The position numbers and the translations under genes were made by a program. A model generated the notes under the pieces. It was not told the DNA's origin. It did not search any database and worked only from the letters and a program-made list of their open reading frames with translations. DNA of 64,000 bases from NCBI GenBank assembly GCA_965217585.1, contig OZ244561.1, positions 992,001 to 1,056,000 of the forward strand. The letters run 5' to 3'. Shown piece after piece: positions 26,336-35,809 of the stretch (the stretch's first letter is position 1; each line of letters starts with the position of its first letter). The DNA comes from Candidatus Latescibacterota bacterium (GTDB lineage Bacteria; Latescibacterota; UBA2968; UBA8231).

Positions 26336-28273
26336 TTATATCCCCTCATCTTGCAAACGCCGTATCTTCTGTTCGGCCTTAAATCTCCGCAGTGCCATAC
26401 TTTCGGGCTGAAGCCTCTCAAGGCGCGGCATTTCTACTTGAAAGGAAAGCTCTTCCAGAGACATAGATTCGCCTATCTCCCCCGGTTCTCCTTGCGACAG
26501 GGTGAACAAATTTCCATAAATTAAATCTACTGTCGGAAAAATCTGTGACACTAGTGATTGGTCACGAGTCTCTAAAAAACGTTGCGAAAGATCCCGACGT
26601 GCCTTCTCAGTGGCTTCCATATACTCTGGAAATTGGAAACTATTCGCAGAAGAGTTTTGAAATTTCTTCTGTTTTTCAAAATAGCTTTCTGCTTTTACAA
26701 TGACTCGTTTAAGTAGATCCGATGGTTTTTCTATTTTTTTCCATTCCTTCAAACAGGCACCTGGATAATTTGTTGCCTGTAAAACCATCTCATTTTCAAA
26801 TTCATCCCGTAGTTCGTTATCAGATGCGTTTCGGACTAAAGACTCCATCATAAGCAAGAGACGTGCAGTTTTCTTACCATCGGCGAACGGCATTCTGATA
26901 GATTCCCAAAGTGCCAAGCGTAATTCCATATCCGAGACCCGCTTTACCTTCATCACTGTATCGGATAAAGTTTCAATCTCGATCTTATGTAGGAGAATAT
27001 TTCCTAGTTTTCTGATAGTGTCACTTCTGGAAAAAATGCAACCTGCTATCAACTGCGGTACACCAACTCTGTTCATTTCTGAAATTAAGTATTCAAGTTT
27101 ATGATTTATAAACAGTTCGATCAAAGTCTCTGGATTTTTATCGGCAATTTGTTTTAGAAGTTTACCAAAACTATCTGTATCTTCGCGCAGTCGGTGAACT
27201 AGATAACACTCCACTCTTTCCCATATCTTAATATACTCTTTTTCAATTGGCTGAATAGAAAGGATGAGTTTATTTGCATCAGCCGTATCTATCAGCGCTC
27301 TGTTTCTTCCTTGATAATCCCGTAATTTATATACTGTATCCGTGATACTGTATTTTGCATCTGGTGACAATTCGGATGATGCATGTTTATTAAGCCATTG
27401 AAAAACAAAATGGGCGAATTCTTCTTCTATTCGTCTCGAAGAACAACGTCGTACAACATCAAAGGCTTCATTCTGTTCTTCTATCGTACCTTCTATAGCT
27501 TTATCAAGTACTATACTCAACTTATTTATGGAGATCCCACCTCTTCTGAAGGAAGTTCCCCATGACCGATAATAGCATCGACGTAATTCTTTCTTTTGGC
27601 TTGTATCCACATCCCATTTGTTTACTGTTTCTTCAAGGACCTTTTCTTTTACAGACGCAGCTTTTGCACGTACTGCTCCTAAGATAATAGCCGCAAGATG
27701 CAATCTCACATCATCGAGTTCATCTTTGATATATTGATCGAATACTATCAAACCGGCAGATGGAAAATTGAAAGCATAATTTTCAACTCCCCAAAAAAAA
27801 TCACCGCCTGCTAAATTTCCTTTCACAGCATCTCCAATTTTCAAAAACCAACTAGAAGCAAGCACTGTGGGGACTTCCACATTCGACAAAAACGTCGGTA
27901 ATGAACAAACGTAATCCCAAAATTGAGATGCTTCTTTATCAACCCATACGTTTAAAAAAATTTCTCTGCTGGATGACGGTATCTGTTGGTACGATTCGCT
28001 CCATAATATGCCTATCAATCGATTTCTTAGTTCCTCAGACTCCAGACAGGGAGGAATTTTTGAAAGAGTTTCGTAGAACTCATAATCAGCCGTAATTCCT
28101 TGGGGAAAGAGGATATTCAATAACTCGGCGACTTGCTCTTTATTTTCTTCAAGGTAACGGATTTCTTCTTTAATCTGGCCCTCCCGATTTAACAAACTTG
28201 CCCTGATCTCATTCTCATCAACCAATCGAGAAATAGATTGACACATCTTCGATATGTTCGCCAATTTTTCCAT
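26336..28273 (-). CDS. Large alpha-helical hypothetical protein
   Basis: 645-aa AT-rich ORF with a purine-rich SD-like region, coupled to the downstream ORF. Confidence 0.8.
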   Translation of the reverse strand: MEKLANISKMCQSISRLVDENEIRASLLNREGQIKEEIRYLEENKEQVAELLNILFPQGITADYEFYETLSKIPPCLESEELRNRLIGILWSESYQQIPSSSREIFLNVWVDKEASQFWDYVCSLPTFLSNVEVPTVLASSWFLKIGDAVKGNLAGGDFFWGVENYAFNFPSAGLIVFDQYIKDELDDVRLHLAAIILGAVRAKAASVKEKVLEETVNKWDVDTSQKKELRRCYYRSWGTSFRRGGISINKLSIVLDKAIEGTIEEQNEAFDVVRRCSSRRIEEEFAHFVFQWLNKHASSELSPDAKYSITDTVYKLRDYQGRNRALIDTADANKLILSIQPIEKEYIKIWERVECYLVHRLREDTDSFGKLLKQIADKNPETLIELFINHKLEYLISEMNRVGVPQLIAGCIFSRSDTIRKLGNILLHKIEIETLSDTVMKVKRVSDMELRLALWESIRMPFADGKKTARLLLMMESLVRNASDNELRDEFENEMVLQATNYPGACLKEWKKIEKPSDLLKRVIVKAESYFEKQKKFQNSSANSFQFPEYMEATEKARRDLSQRFLETRDQSLVSQIFPTVDLIYGNLFTLSQGEPGEIGESMSLEELSFQVEMPRLERLQPESMALRRFKAEQKIRRLQDEGI

Positions 28274-28317
28274 ATCCCCATTCCTTCAATATCTACTTTG
28301 CTTAAATCTTTCCCACC

Positions 28318-29578
28318 CAGGGCAATCGCACCAAAAATTGAGATTTGTCATAGGGTTATGTTATATTTTCTGTGTCTTTTTCGATAGCGCTGGTGCGCTG
28401 CTTCTCTCCCCTTCTCTTGGAACGTTTCCCCATGGCACCTTCGGCTGATTCACTGATTGAACATTTTTCCCAGGTACCCGATCCCCGTATCGAGCGCAGC
28501 CAAAGGCATCGTCTCATCGATATTGTGGTCATTGCCGTGTGTGGCGCGATCTGCGGGGCCGACAACTGGGTGCATATCGCTGAGTTTGGGCGATCCAAAT
28601 ACGACTGGCTAAAAACCTTTCTGGCGTTGCCCAATGGCATTCCTTCCCATGACACCTTCGGCCGCGTCTTCGCCCGGATCTCGCCCGAGCATTTCCAGGA
28701 CTGTTTCAGTGCTTGGGTCCAATCCCTCCTCCCCAAGCTTGAGGAAGAGATTGTGCCTATTGATGGCAAAACGTTGCGCCACTCTTATGACCGAACCTCG
28801 GGTAAAGCAGCCGTACATATGGTCAATGCCTGGGCGGTGAAAAACCGACTGGTGTTAGGCCAGTTCCACTGTGAAGGCGGTCTGGACGAGATCACCCTCA
28901 TTCCCGAACTGCTGCGTGTGCTGGCGCTCAAAGGCTGCATCGTCACCGTCGATGCCATCGGCTGCCACAAAAGCGTGGCCGAACAGGTCATCGACCGGCA
29001 AGGCGACTACGTACTGGCCGTCAAGGCTAATCAGCCCAAGCTGTTGCATCATCTGCGTCAGGTCTTCGACCGAGGGGAGCCTCAACTGCATCAGGATCTA
29101 TCGGTCGACATGTTTGAGACCTACGATGAAAACCACGGCCGCATTGAGACCCGCCGGTACTGGACCACCGATCAGGTCGACGCTTTTGCCGATGGGACCG
29201 CTTGGAAGGGCTTAGGCTTGTTCGGTATGGTTGAAGCCCAGCGACAGGTAGGCGATCAAGTCTCCGTGGAACGACGCTACTATATCTCCAGCCTGGACAA
29301 CGATGCCCAGCGGTTTGGTGAAGCGGTGCGTAGTCATTGGAGCATTGAAAATTCCTTGCACTGGATACTGGATGTGGTCTTCCGTGAAGATGACTCACGG
29401 GTACGCACCGGCCATGCCCCGGAAAATATGGCCCTCCTGCGACAGATTGCCGTGAGTCTGCTCCAGCAAGAGAAGACGGCCAAGGTCGGCGTCCAGACCA
29501 AACGGCTCAAGGCCGGATGGGATAACACCTATTTGGCTAAAGTATTGTCCGCTGGGCACTTTTGATGCGATTGCCCTG
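28318..29578 (+). mobile_element. Complete ISAs1-family insertion sequence (1261 bp)
   Basis: IRs CAGGGCAATCGCACCAAAA / CAGGGCAATCGCATCAAAA (18/19). 10-bp target duplication CTTTCCCACC at 28308-28317 and 29579-29588. Confidence 0.96.
28431..29565 (+). CDS. ISAs1 family transposase
   Basis: PDPR, GIPSHDTFGRVF, IDGKTLR, TVDAIGC, VKANQ, HWSIENSLHWILDVVFREDD. Start codon uncertain. Confidence 0.94.
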
Positions 29579-29998
29579 CTTTCCCACCATTTCCGTGAAA
29601 TCTATATTCGGCAATCTTCTAATCTCTGCCTCGGCTCGCATCAAGAGCCTTTTGGCATTCCTAGGGCTTTCATAGTATCCTACCCAGCGACCAGTGGGTT
29701 CAAGCACATAATCTGCTTGGCGACGTGCTTCATAAAGCTCATCGAGAGTCCTTGCCAAATTGTTTAAGTCAGGATTGTTTGATGAGTACAAAAAATTCTT
29801 TAATGCGCCATGGTCAATATGATCATCGCGGCCATGGATTGCCTTGCCTTCCCGTGTGCGTATTTCAGTTCTTATTGAAAGAAAAAGTGCATAATATGCT
29901 CTCCCGATGGCAGTTCTTGTACGGGCTTCTTTGTCGAGTTTTCCTTGTTTTGTTATTGAGTGCCCAACTTTGGCAAATAGTTTTGGATCAAAATTCAT
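29537..29998 (-). CDS. HEPN-domain protein; native C-terminus replaced by the ISAs1 insertion
   Basis: RTAIGRAYYALF, H, and LYEARRQADY motifs. Removing the IS restores ...TEMVGKI* with the stop at 28302-28304. Confidence 0.8.
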   Translation of the reverse strand: MNFDPKLFAKVGHSITKQGKLDKEARTRTAIGRAYYALFLSIRTEIRTREGKAIHGRDDHIDHGALKNFLYSSNNPDLNNLARTLDELYEARRQADYVLEPTGRWVGYYESPRNAKRLLMRAEAEIRRLPNIDFTEMVGKQGNRIKSAQRTIL

Positions 29999-30015
29999 AG
30001 TAATCTCAAACTCAA

Positions 30016-30579
30016 TCAATCAGAACCTGAAACAAAATGAAAATTAATCGCCTTAAAGGTCTCTTTATTTAATTTTTTAGCAATCAATGAGTAAAAATCA
30101 AAAGTCGTCTCAGCTATCATGTCGTCTTGTTTCTCTTCTTTCACGGTTACTATAATGAAATTTTCGTCATCAATATCTATCCCGACTTTCCAATTCAACT
30201 CGGAAGCGGCTGACTCAACAACAGAAAGCACATGACGCCATTCGATGTTTAAGTCAACTTCCTCTTCTCTGAATGACTCCGGTTTAAGTTCCCGAATAAT
30301 ATCCTGCAGTTCCCCATTCTCTTGCCTCAACGTTCCCACCTGATTTTGTAGTGCATTTAACTGAACCTGAAGATAGTTTATTCTTTCATGTGCCTGCCAA
30401 TCAGATATGTCCCTTCTCTCTTCGATCTGTTCAACTAGTGAACTGGAGAAAGCTGGCATACAATACGATTCCTGTAAAAGGAGACGCTTTCTATCAATCC
30501 CCTCTCGGCATAATCTTTGTGGCGTTGGCCGGGAATACCGAAAATCAATCTTCTCAGAGTCTTCAAAAATAGTATTCAT
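30016..30579 (-). CDS. Hypothetical coiled-coil protein, partner of the HEPN gene
   Basis: ATGA overlap with the Doc stop. Heptad region LQVQLNALQNQVGTLRQENGELQ. Confidence 0.65.
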   Translation of the reverse strand: MNTIFEDSEKIDFRYSRPTPQRLCREGIDRKRLLLQESYCMPAFSSSLVEQIEERRDISDWQAHERINYLQVQLNALQNQVGTLRQENGELQDIIRELKPESFREEEVDLNIEWRHVLSVVESAASELNWKVGIDIDDENFIIVTVKEEKQDDMIAETTFDFYSLIAKKLNKETFKAINFHFVSGSD

Positions 30580-30953
30580 GTAATATGCTCTTTCAACCAT
30601 CTGACAAATTGATCGCGAGAGACATCTCCTGATGCAACTCCCAAGATGATCTGCTCTTGAATATCTACGGTTGCATCAATCTCATATCCGTTTAGAATTA
30701 AGGACGCTTCCATTGCGGCGTGTCCCACCCGTTTATTTCCATCGATAAAGGGATGATTCTGGATCAAAGAAAAACACAAGGCTGCCGCCTTTTCCACGAC
30801 AGTGGGATAGAGATCTTGTCCGTCAAACGTCATACGAGGTTGCTCGACAGCCGATTCTAATCCGCTACGATTAAGCAACCCTATAGAGCCACCACTTGTC
30901 TCAATAATATGCTGATGAAGTACCAATACTTCATCCATGCTGATATAATACAT
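30576..30953 (-). CDS. Fic/Doc family (death-on-curing) toxin
   Basis: HPFIDGNKRVG motif and LESAVEQP...DLYPTVVEKAAAL. Confidence 0.93.
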   Translation of the reverse strand: MYYISMDEVLVLHQHIIETSGGSIGLLNRSGLESAVEQPRMTFDGQDLYPTVVEKAAALCFSLIQNHPFIDGNKRVGHAAMEASLILNGYEIDATVDIQEQIILGVASGDVSRDQFVRWLKEHIT

Positions 30954-32077
30954 CAACTTAGTCTTTGGTAAAGTTCTCTATTCTTCTCCAACACGTATTT
31001 AGCGAGCTGCTCAAATTTCTGATCTCGAAACACACCGTTGTGAAAAAAATCAATAAGGCCATCTTTCATCTGAGAATGCGATCCAAGTCCCCCAGAGCTG
31101 AAACTCAAATGATGCCCTATGACAATGCGTATGATCTCAGGAACTACGTTAGCAGCTATGTTAGCGGTGTATCTTTTGGCCTGCTCATTATCAAGTCCAT
31201 TTATCTTTGGTTGGCCTGTGTGAACTAGGCGATTTCGAACTCTGCCAACCAGTTTAACCTGAACCTTTTGCTTGGAGGTGGGAGGCGAATCTATAATATC
31301 AAGCGATTGGAGAAGCGAAAATAATTTATCTGTAAAGGCTGGTTCACCTTTAATCCAATTATCTAGCGAACGTCTATATCGTTCCGCTTGATCTGGCTGG
31401 AGATCCTCTGTTTGCTCAAAGCAATTGAGGACATTGCTTATTGCGTTTTTAAGTTTCTTACGGATATTCTTTCTAACTTTCTGATCGGTCGTTTTATGAT
31501 TGTCGAGAATTAGATTGTCGAGCTTATTAAGAATTATGTCGAGTGCCGTGTAGTACAAAACGGCGCGAGCTTGCAAGAGGTTAGCGTTCATTGCCTCATT
31601 GTATAAAACCAGAGCGATGTGCAAATTTCTCGATACCAAACTCTCCCTATTTTGCCAAGCAAGTGCTGCGGCTTCCAAGGTCTCAATTGGAATCGCTGCA
31701 TAGCTGTCACCATATATATCGGGTCTGTACCTGTCCTTGTACTCTGCTGTTACTACGCTTCTACCTGTAATAAAAGTGAGTAAATTGCATAGATCCCATA
31801 GCCCGTCATCGTCGCATTCCTCGTCAAGGAGAATGCTCTTTTCCACAGAATCTTTCCAAGACACAGTTGCGGTGGCTTGCCAAGTACCTTTATGTGGCGG
31901 CAAGCGTTTTGCCTCCTTCTCAGTGATGACCCATTTTGCAGGTTTGGCCAATTGAGCAACTTTAGCATCGTAATCATCTGTGAGACGCACCGTAAGGCCA
32001 CCAATTTCATGTCCTGACCATGGGGGGTCAGGGCGTGGTTCGTCTACATATAAATTGAAGAGGTCAACTGTTTTCAT
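30953..32077 (-). CDS. ApeA/HEPN-like protein with Doc-antitoxin-like C-terminal tail
   Basis: RNRLVH (RxxxxH) motif. Ends DQKFEQLAKYVLEKNRELYQRLS*, TGATG-coupled to doc. Confidence 0.65.
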   Translation of the reverse strand: MKTVDLFNLYVDEPRPDPPWSGHEIGGLTVRLTDDYDAKVAQLAKPAKWVITEKEAKRLPPHKGTWQATATVSWKDSVEKSILLDEECDDDGLWDLCNLLTFITGRSVVTAEYKDRYRPDIYGDSYAAIPIETLEAAALAWQNRESLVSRNLHIALVLYNEAMNANLLQARAVLYYTALDIILNKLDNLILDNHKTTDQKVRKNIRKKLKNAISNVLNCFEQTEDLQPDQAERYRRSLDNWIKGEPAFTDKLFSLLQSLDIIDSPPTSKQKVQVKLVGRVRNRLVHTGQPKINGLDNEQAKRYTANIAANVVPEIIRIVIGHHLSFSSGGLGSHSQMKDGLIDFFHNGVFRDQKFEQLAKYVLEKNRELYQRLS

Positions 32078-32252
32078 TGCTACTTCCTTCCACAGCGACA
32101 AGGGCAGACCGAAGTTCCTCGGCGAAGTCTTCGCGTAATTCCGCTCCTTCATCAGGGTCGCCCAGCATTTCTGAGAGCGTGTGTACAACAATCTCCTGAA
32201 CAAGTGCTCTAAACTCATCAACTGTTAAATCGGCGACTTTTTCAGAGGTCAT
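32064..32252 (-). CDS. Small antitoxin-like protein
   Basis: KVADLTVDEFRALV...DPDEGAELREDF pattern, AAGGAG SD, first gene after the cimA stop. Confidence 0.6.
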   Translation of the reverse strand: MTSEKVADLTVDEFRALVQEIVVHTLSEMLGDPDEGAELREDFAEELRSALVAVEGSSNENS

Positions 32253-32272
32253 TGTTTTGCTCCTTGATTTGC

Positions 32273-32312
32273 GCGCTCAATCCGTTCCCGTCGCGCCGAC
32301 AGCTAGCTCGGC
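32273..32312 (-). repeat. Proximal copy of the 40-bp repeat (actual cimA 3' end)
   Basis: 39/40 identical to 21760-21799. Confidence 0.95.
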
Positions 32313-33872
32313 CAGTGCGTCCTGCATTAACTTGTAGTGCAAACTATCGGCCAGCGCGATCCAACTCGCCTCAATCACATTCTCCGAAACCCCCACCGTG
32401 CCCCACACATCCTTGCCATCCGACGATTCGATCAACACCCGCACCTTGGCCGCGGTCCCGTCGCTGCTCGACAACACCCGCACCTTGTAGTCCTCCAAAT
32501 GCACCTGTTTGAGCGCGGGGAACTCCTGCTCCAGCGCCTTGCGTAGCGCTTGATCGAGCGCGTTGACCGGGCCATCGCCGCCGGCGACCGTATGGTACTC
32601 CGCATCGCCGATAGCGACCTTGACAATGGCCTCGGCTTCTTCGGCGTACGCCCCACTCTTGCGGTTGATGGTGCGGAAGTTGATCAGCGTGAATAAGTCC
32701 TCGTACGTGCCTTGGACCCGGCGCGCTAGCAGCTCGAACGACCCTTCCGCCGCCTCGAACTGATAGCCCTCGTGTTCCAACTGCTTGACCCGCTCCAAGA
32801 TCTGCCCCACCAGCGGATCCCTCTTCTCGATATCAGGCAAAAATCGCCGCAGCTTGCTGACGATCGTCGCCCCACCCGCTTGGTCCGAGACCAAGAAGCG
32901 CCGCTCGTTGCCCACCTGCTCAGGCTCGATATGCTCAAACGAGTGGGCGACCTTCATCACCCCGTCGATATGCGCCCCGCCCTTATGGGCGAACGCACTC
33001 TCGCCGACATACGGCTGGCGGTGGTCGTGATAGACGTTGGCGATCTCGCTCAGGAAGCGGGAGAAATCCATCAGCTCCGCGAGGTTGTCGCGGCCCACCG
33101 TCTCGAAACCCATCTTCAGTTCGAGATTGGGCAAAATCGAGCACAAGTTGGCGTTGCCGCAACGCTCGCCATAGCCATTGAAGGTACCTTGCACTTGCAC
33201 CGCGCCCCGCTCCACGGCCACGAGGGTATTGGCCACGCCGACACCGGCATCGTTGTGCGTGTGGATGCCAAAGGGAATCCCGATCCGCTCGGCGACCTGT
33301 TCGACGATCTGGCCCATCTCGCTGGTCAGGGTGCCGCCATTGGTATCGCAGAGCACCAAAATCCGCGCCCCACCGCGCTCGGCGGCCAACAGGGTCTCGA
33401 CCGCGTAATCGGCGTCGGCCTTATAGCCATCGAAGAAATGCTCGGCGTCGTAGATCACCTCGCGACCATGGCCGACGAGATAGGCGACTGAATCCTCGAT
33501 CAACTGCACATTGCCCACCAGCGTGGTGCGCAATATCTCGGTCGCGTGCAAGGTCCAGCTCTTGCCGAAGAGGGCGATACTATCGGTCTCGGCCCTCAGA
33601 AGCGTGTTCAGGGTCTCGTCTTCCTCCGGTGCGTTGGTCGCTCGCCGGGTGCTGCCAAAGGCGGTCACTTTCGCCCGTAACCCGAGTTTTTTGGCCTCTT
33701 GAAAAAAAGCCAAGTCCTTGGGATTGGTCGGGTTGGGCCAACCGCCCTCAATATAGTGGACCCCGAGCGCATCGAGCCGCCGAGCAATCAGCAGCTTGTC
33801 CTCTAGCGAATAGGAAATGCCCTCGGCTTGGGCGCCGTCCCGCAGGGTGGAGTCATAGACTTCGATGCGCAT
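32277..33872 (-). CDS. cimA: Citramalate synthase
   Basis: YDSTLRDGAQAEG, IEGGWP, DAEHFFDG, HTHND, GYGERCGNAN, HKGGAH, GYQFEAAEGSFEL. Confidence 0.92.
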   Translation of the reverse strand: MRIEVYDSTLRDGAQAEGISYSLEDKLLIARRLDALGVHYIEGGWPNPTNPKDLAFFQEAKKLGLRAKVTAFGSTRRATNAPEEDETLNTLLRAETDSIALFGKSWTLHATEILRTTLVGNVQLIEDSVAYLVGHGREVIYDAEHFFDGYKADADYAVETLLAAERGGARILVLCDTNGGTLTSEMGQIVEQVAERIGIPFGIHTHNDAGVGVANTLVAVERGAVQVQGTFNGYGERCGNANLCSILPNLELKMGFETVGRDNLAELMDFSRFLSEIANVYHDHRQPYVGESAFAHKGGAHIDGVMKVAHSFEHIEPEQVGNERRFLVSDQAGGATIVSKLRRFLPDIEKRDPLVGQILERVKQLEHEGYQFEAAEGSFELLARRVQGTYEDLFTLINFRTINRKSGAYAEEAEAIVKVAIGDAEYHTVAGGDGPVNALDQALRKALEQEFPALKQVHLEDYKVRVLSSSDGTAAKVRVLIESSDGKDVWGTVGVSENVIEASWIALADSLHYKLMQDALAELAVGATGTD

Positions 33873-33894
33873 GGTGTCGCTTCCTTCCATCGCC

Positions 33895-34953
33895 CTAGGC
33901 GTCGGCGACGGCCTGGGCTACTAGGTCGCCTACTTCCGCAGTGGAATATCCCATTCTTCCCGCTCCCATATCGTCGAGCTTGGTCAGCGTCGAGACGATG
34001 GCCCCCTCCAAAATGTTGGCACCTTCGTGCTCGCCAAGTGTGTCGAGCATGAGCTGGCAAGCGCCGACGGCGGCCATAGGGTTGATGATATTCTGGCCGG
34101 TGTACTTGGGGGCCGAGCCGCCGATCGGCTCAAACATCGACACGCCTTCGGGGTTGATATTGCCGCCGGCGGCAATGCCCATCCCGCCCTGGATCATCGC
34201 GCCCAAATCTGTGATGATGTCCCCGAACATGTTGTCGGTAACTACCACGTCGAACCACTCGGGGTTTTTGACCATCCACATGCAGATGGCATCGACGTGG
34301 GCGTAGTCGCGCTTGATGGCCGGATAGTCGGCCGCGCCGATTTCGTGGAACGCCCGCTCCCACAGATCGAAGGCATACGTCAGCACGTTGGTCTTGCCGC
34401 ACAGGGTCAAGGTGTTGTCCTTGTTGCGCCGCTGGGTGTACTCAAAAGCGTAGCGCAAACAGCGCTCGACACCTTTGCGGGTGTTGATCGACTCCTGTAC
34501 TGCGATCTCGTCGGGCGTGCCCTTCTTGAGGAAGCCGCCGGCACCCGCGTACAGCCCCTCGGTGTTTTCCCGCACCACCACGAAGTCGATTTCCTCCGGC
34601 CCCTTATCCTTAATCGGCGTCGGCACATTGGGATAGAGCTTGACCGGTCGGAGGTTGATGTACTGGTCCAATTCAAAGCGCAGCCTCAGTAGAATGCCCT
34701 TTTCGAGAATACCCGGCTTCACGTCGGGGTGGCCGATGGCCCCTAGGTAAATGGCATCGAACTGCCTAAAGTCGTCGGACGCCGAGTCGGGCAAGACCTC
34801 GCCGGTCTGCAAGTAGCGATCACCGCCAAAATCAAATTCTACGGTCTCGTATTTGAATCCCTGTTTGGCGGCTACGGCGTCGAGTGCTTTCAGCCCCTCG
34901 ACCACGACTTCAGGCCCTGTTCCGTCTCCGGGTATTACGGCGATTTTGTGCAA
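33895..34953 (-). CDS. leuB: 3-isopropylmalate dehydrogenase
   Basis: IPGDGTGPEV, NLRPVKL, VRENTEG, DNMFGDIITD, FEPIGGSAP. Operon context. Confidence 0.92.
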   Translation of the reverse strand: MHKIAVIPGDGTGPEVVVEGLKALDAVAAKQGFKYETVEFDFGGDRYLQTGEVLPDSASDDFRQFDAIYLGAIGHPDVKPGILEKGILLRLRFELDQYINLRPVKLYPNVPTPIKDKGPEEIDFVVVRENTEGLYAGAGGFLKKGTPDEIAVQESINTRKGVERCLRYAFEYTQRRNKDNTLTLCGKTNVLTYAFDLWERAFHEIGAADYPAIKRDYAHVDAICMWMVKNPEWFDVVVTDNMFGDIITDLGAMIQGGMGIAAGGNINPEGVSMFEPIGGSAPKYTGQNIINPMAAVGACQLMLDTLGEHEGANILEGAIVSTLTKLDDMGAGRMGYSTAEVGDLVAQAVADA

Positions 34954-34956
34954 TTA

Positions 34957-35154
34957 TTATCTCCCTCTTTTCTCGTTCCAATTGGCAAAATAGCGCGGTC
35001 CTGTGACCACGATTCTAACAGCGGCATATAGCAACATCACGCCGGCTGTGAGGATCAACACCACGAACACCAACCCTGCCGCTATTAGAATCCCGCATAT
35101 AACAGTTGCCGTGACAAAAGCCAAAAACAGCAAAGCGGTCGTCGGTATCAGCAC
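34957..35154 (-). CDS. Small hydrophobic membrane protein between leuD and leuB
   Basis: 65-aa ORF with two hydrophobic stretches. Confidence 0.45.
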   Translation of the reverse strand: MLIPTTALLFLAFVTATVICGILIAAGLVFVVLILTAGVMLLYAAVRIVVTGPRYFANWNEKRGR

Positions 35155-35202
35155 CCGGGCTAATGGGTTGGTAACTTTCCGTCCGCCATCTTATCACCTT
35201 CT

Positions 35203-35796
35203 TCAGAACCCCGCTACGTACGGCAGCTTCCGCGTGGTGCTCTCAATCTGGTCGCCGGCGTCCAAAAGCTGGCCCAGCGAATCCCAGCTCCCCTTGAGAA
35301 ACTGCTCGCGCGGGCCGTCGGCAATATCGGCTGCAACTTGGCCGCCGGCCCAGCGCACCTGCCGCGCTTCGAGGTCGATAGCCACCTCCTGCGCCGGATC
35401 GCTCTCGACCGCGGCCATCAACGCCTGCATATCCTCGGCTGCCACCCGCACACACGGCAGCCCCATGGCGATGCAGTTGCCAAAGAAAATCTCGGCAAAG
35501 GACTCGGCGACAAAGCCCTTGATCCCCCAGCGCATCAGCGCCTGCGGCGCGTGTTCACGCGAGGACCCGCAGCCAAAATTGGCATTGGCCAACAGGATCG
35601 ACGCCCCTTGGAAGCGCGCTTGGTCAAAGGGATGGTCGCCGGCCGCGCGATCGTCCTCAAAGGCATGGCCCCCCAAATTCTCAAAGGTCACCGTCCGCAA
35701 AAAGCGAGCCGGGATGATGCGGTCGGTATCGATATCAGCTCCGCGCACCACCACGCCGCAGCCGCTTATCGTCTTAATCACACTCGAATTTTCCAT
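35203..35796 (-). CDS. leuD: 3-isopropylmalate dehydratase small subunit
   Basis: DIDTDRIIPARFL, NFGCGSSREHAPQAL, SFAEIFFGN. Confidence 0.96.
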   Translation of the reverse strand: MENSSVIKTISGCGVVVRGADIDTDRIIPARFLRTVTFENLGGHAFEDDRAAGDHPFDQARFQGASILLANANFGCGSSREHAPQALMRWGIKGFVAESFAEIFFGNCIAMGLPCVRVAAEDMQALMAAVESDPAQEVAIDLEARQVRWAGGQVAADIADGPREQFLKGSWDSLGQLLDAGDQIESTTRKLPYVAGF

Positions 35797-35809
35797 TGTC
35801 TCTCCTCCT

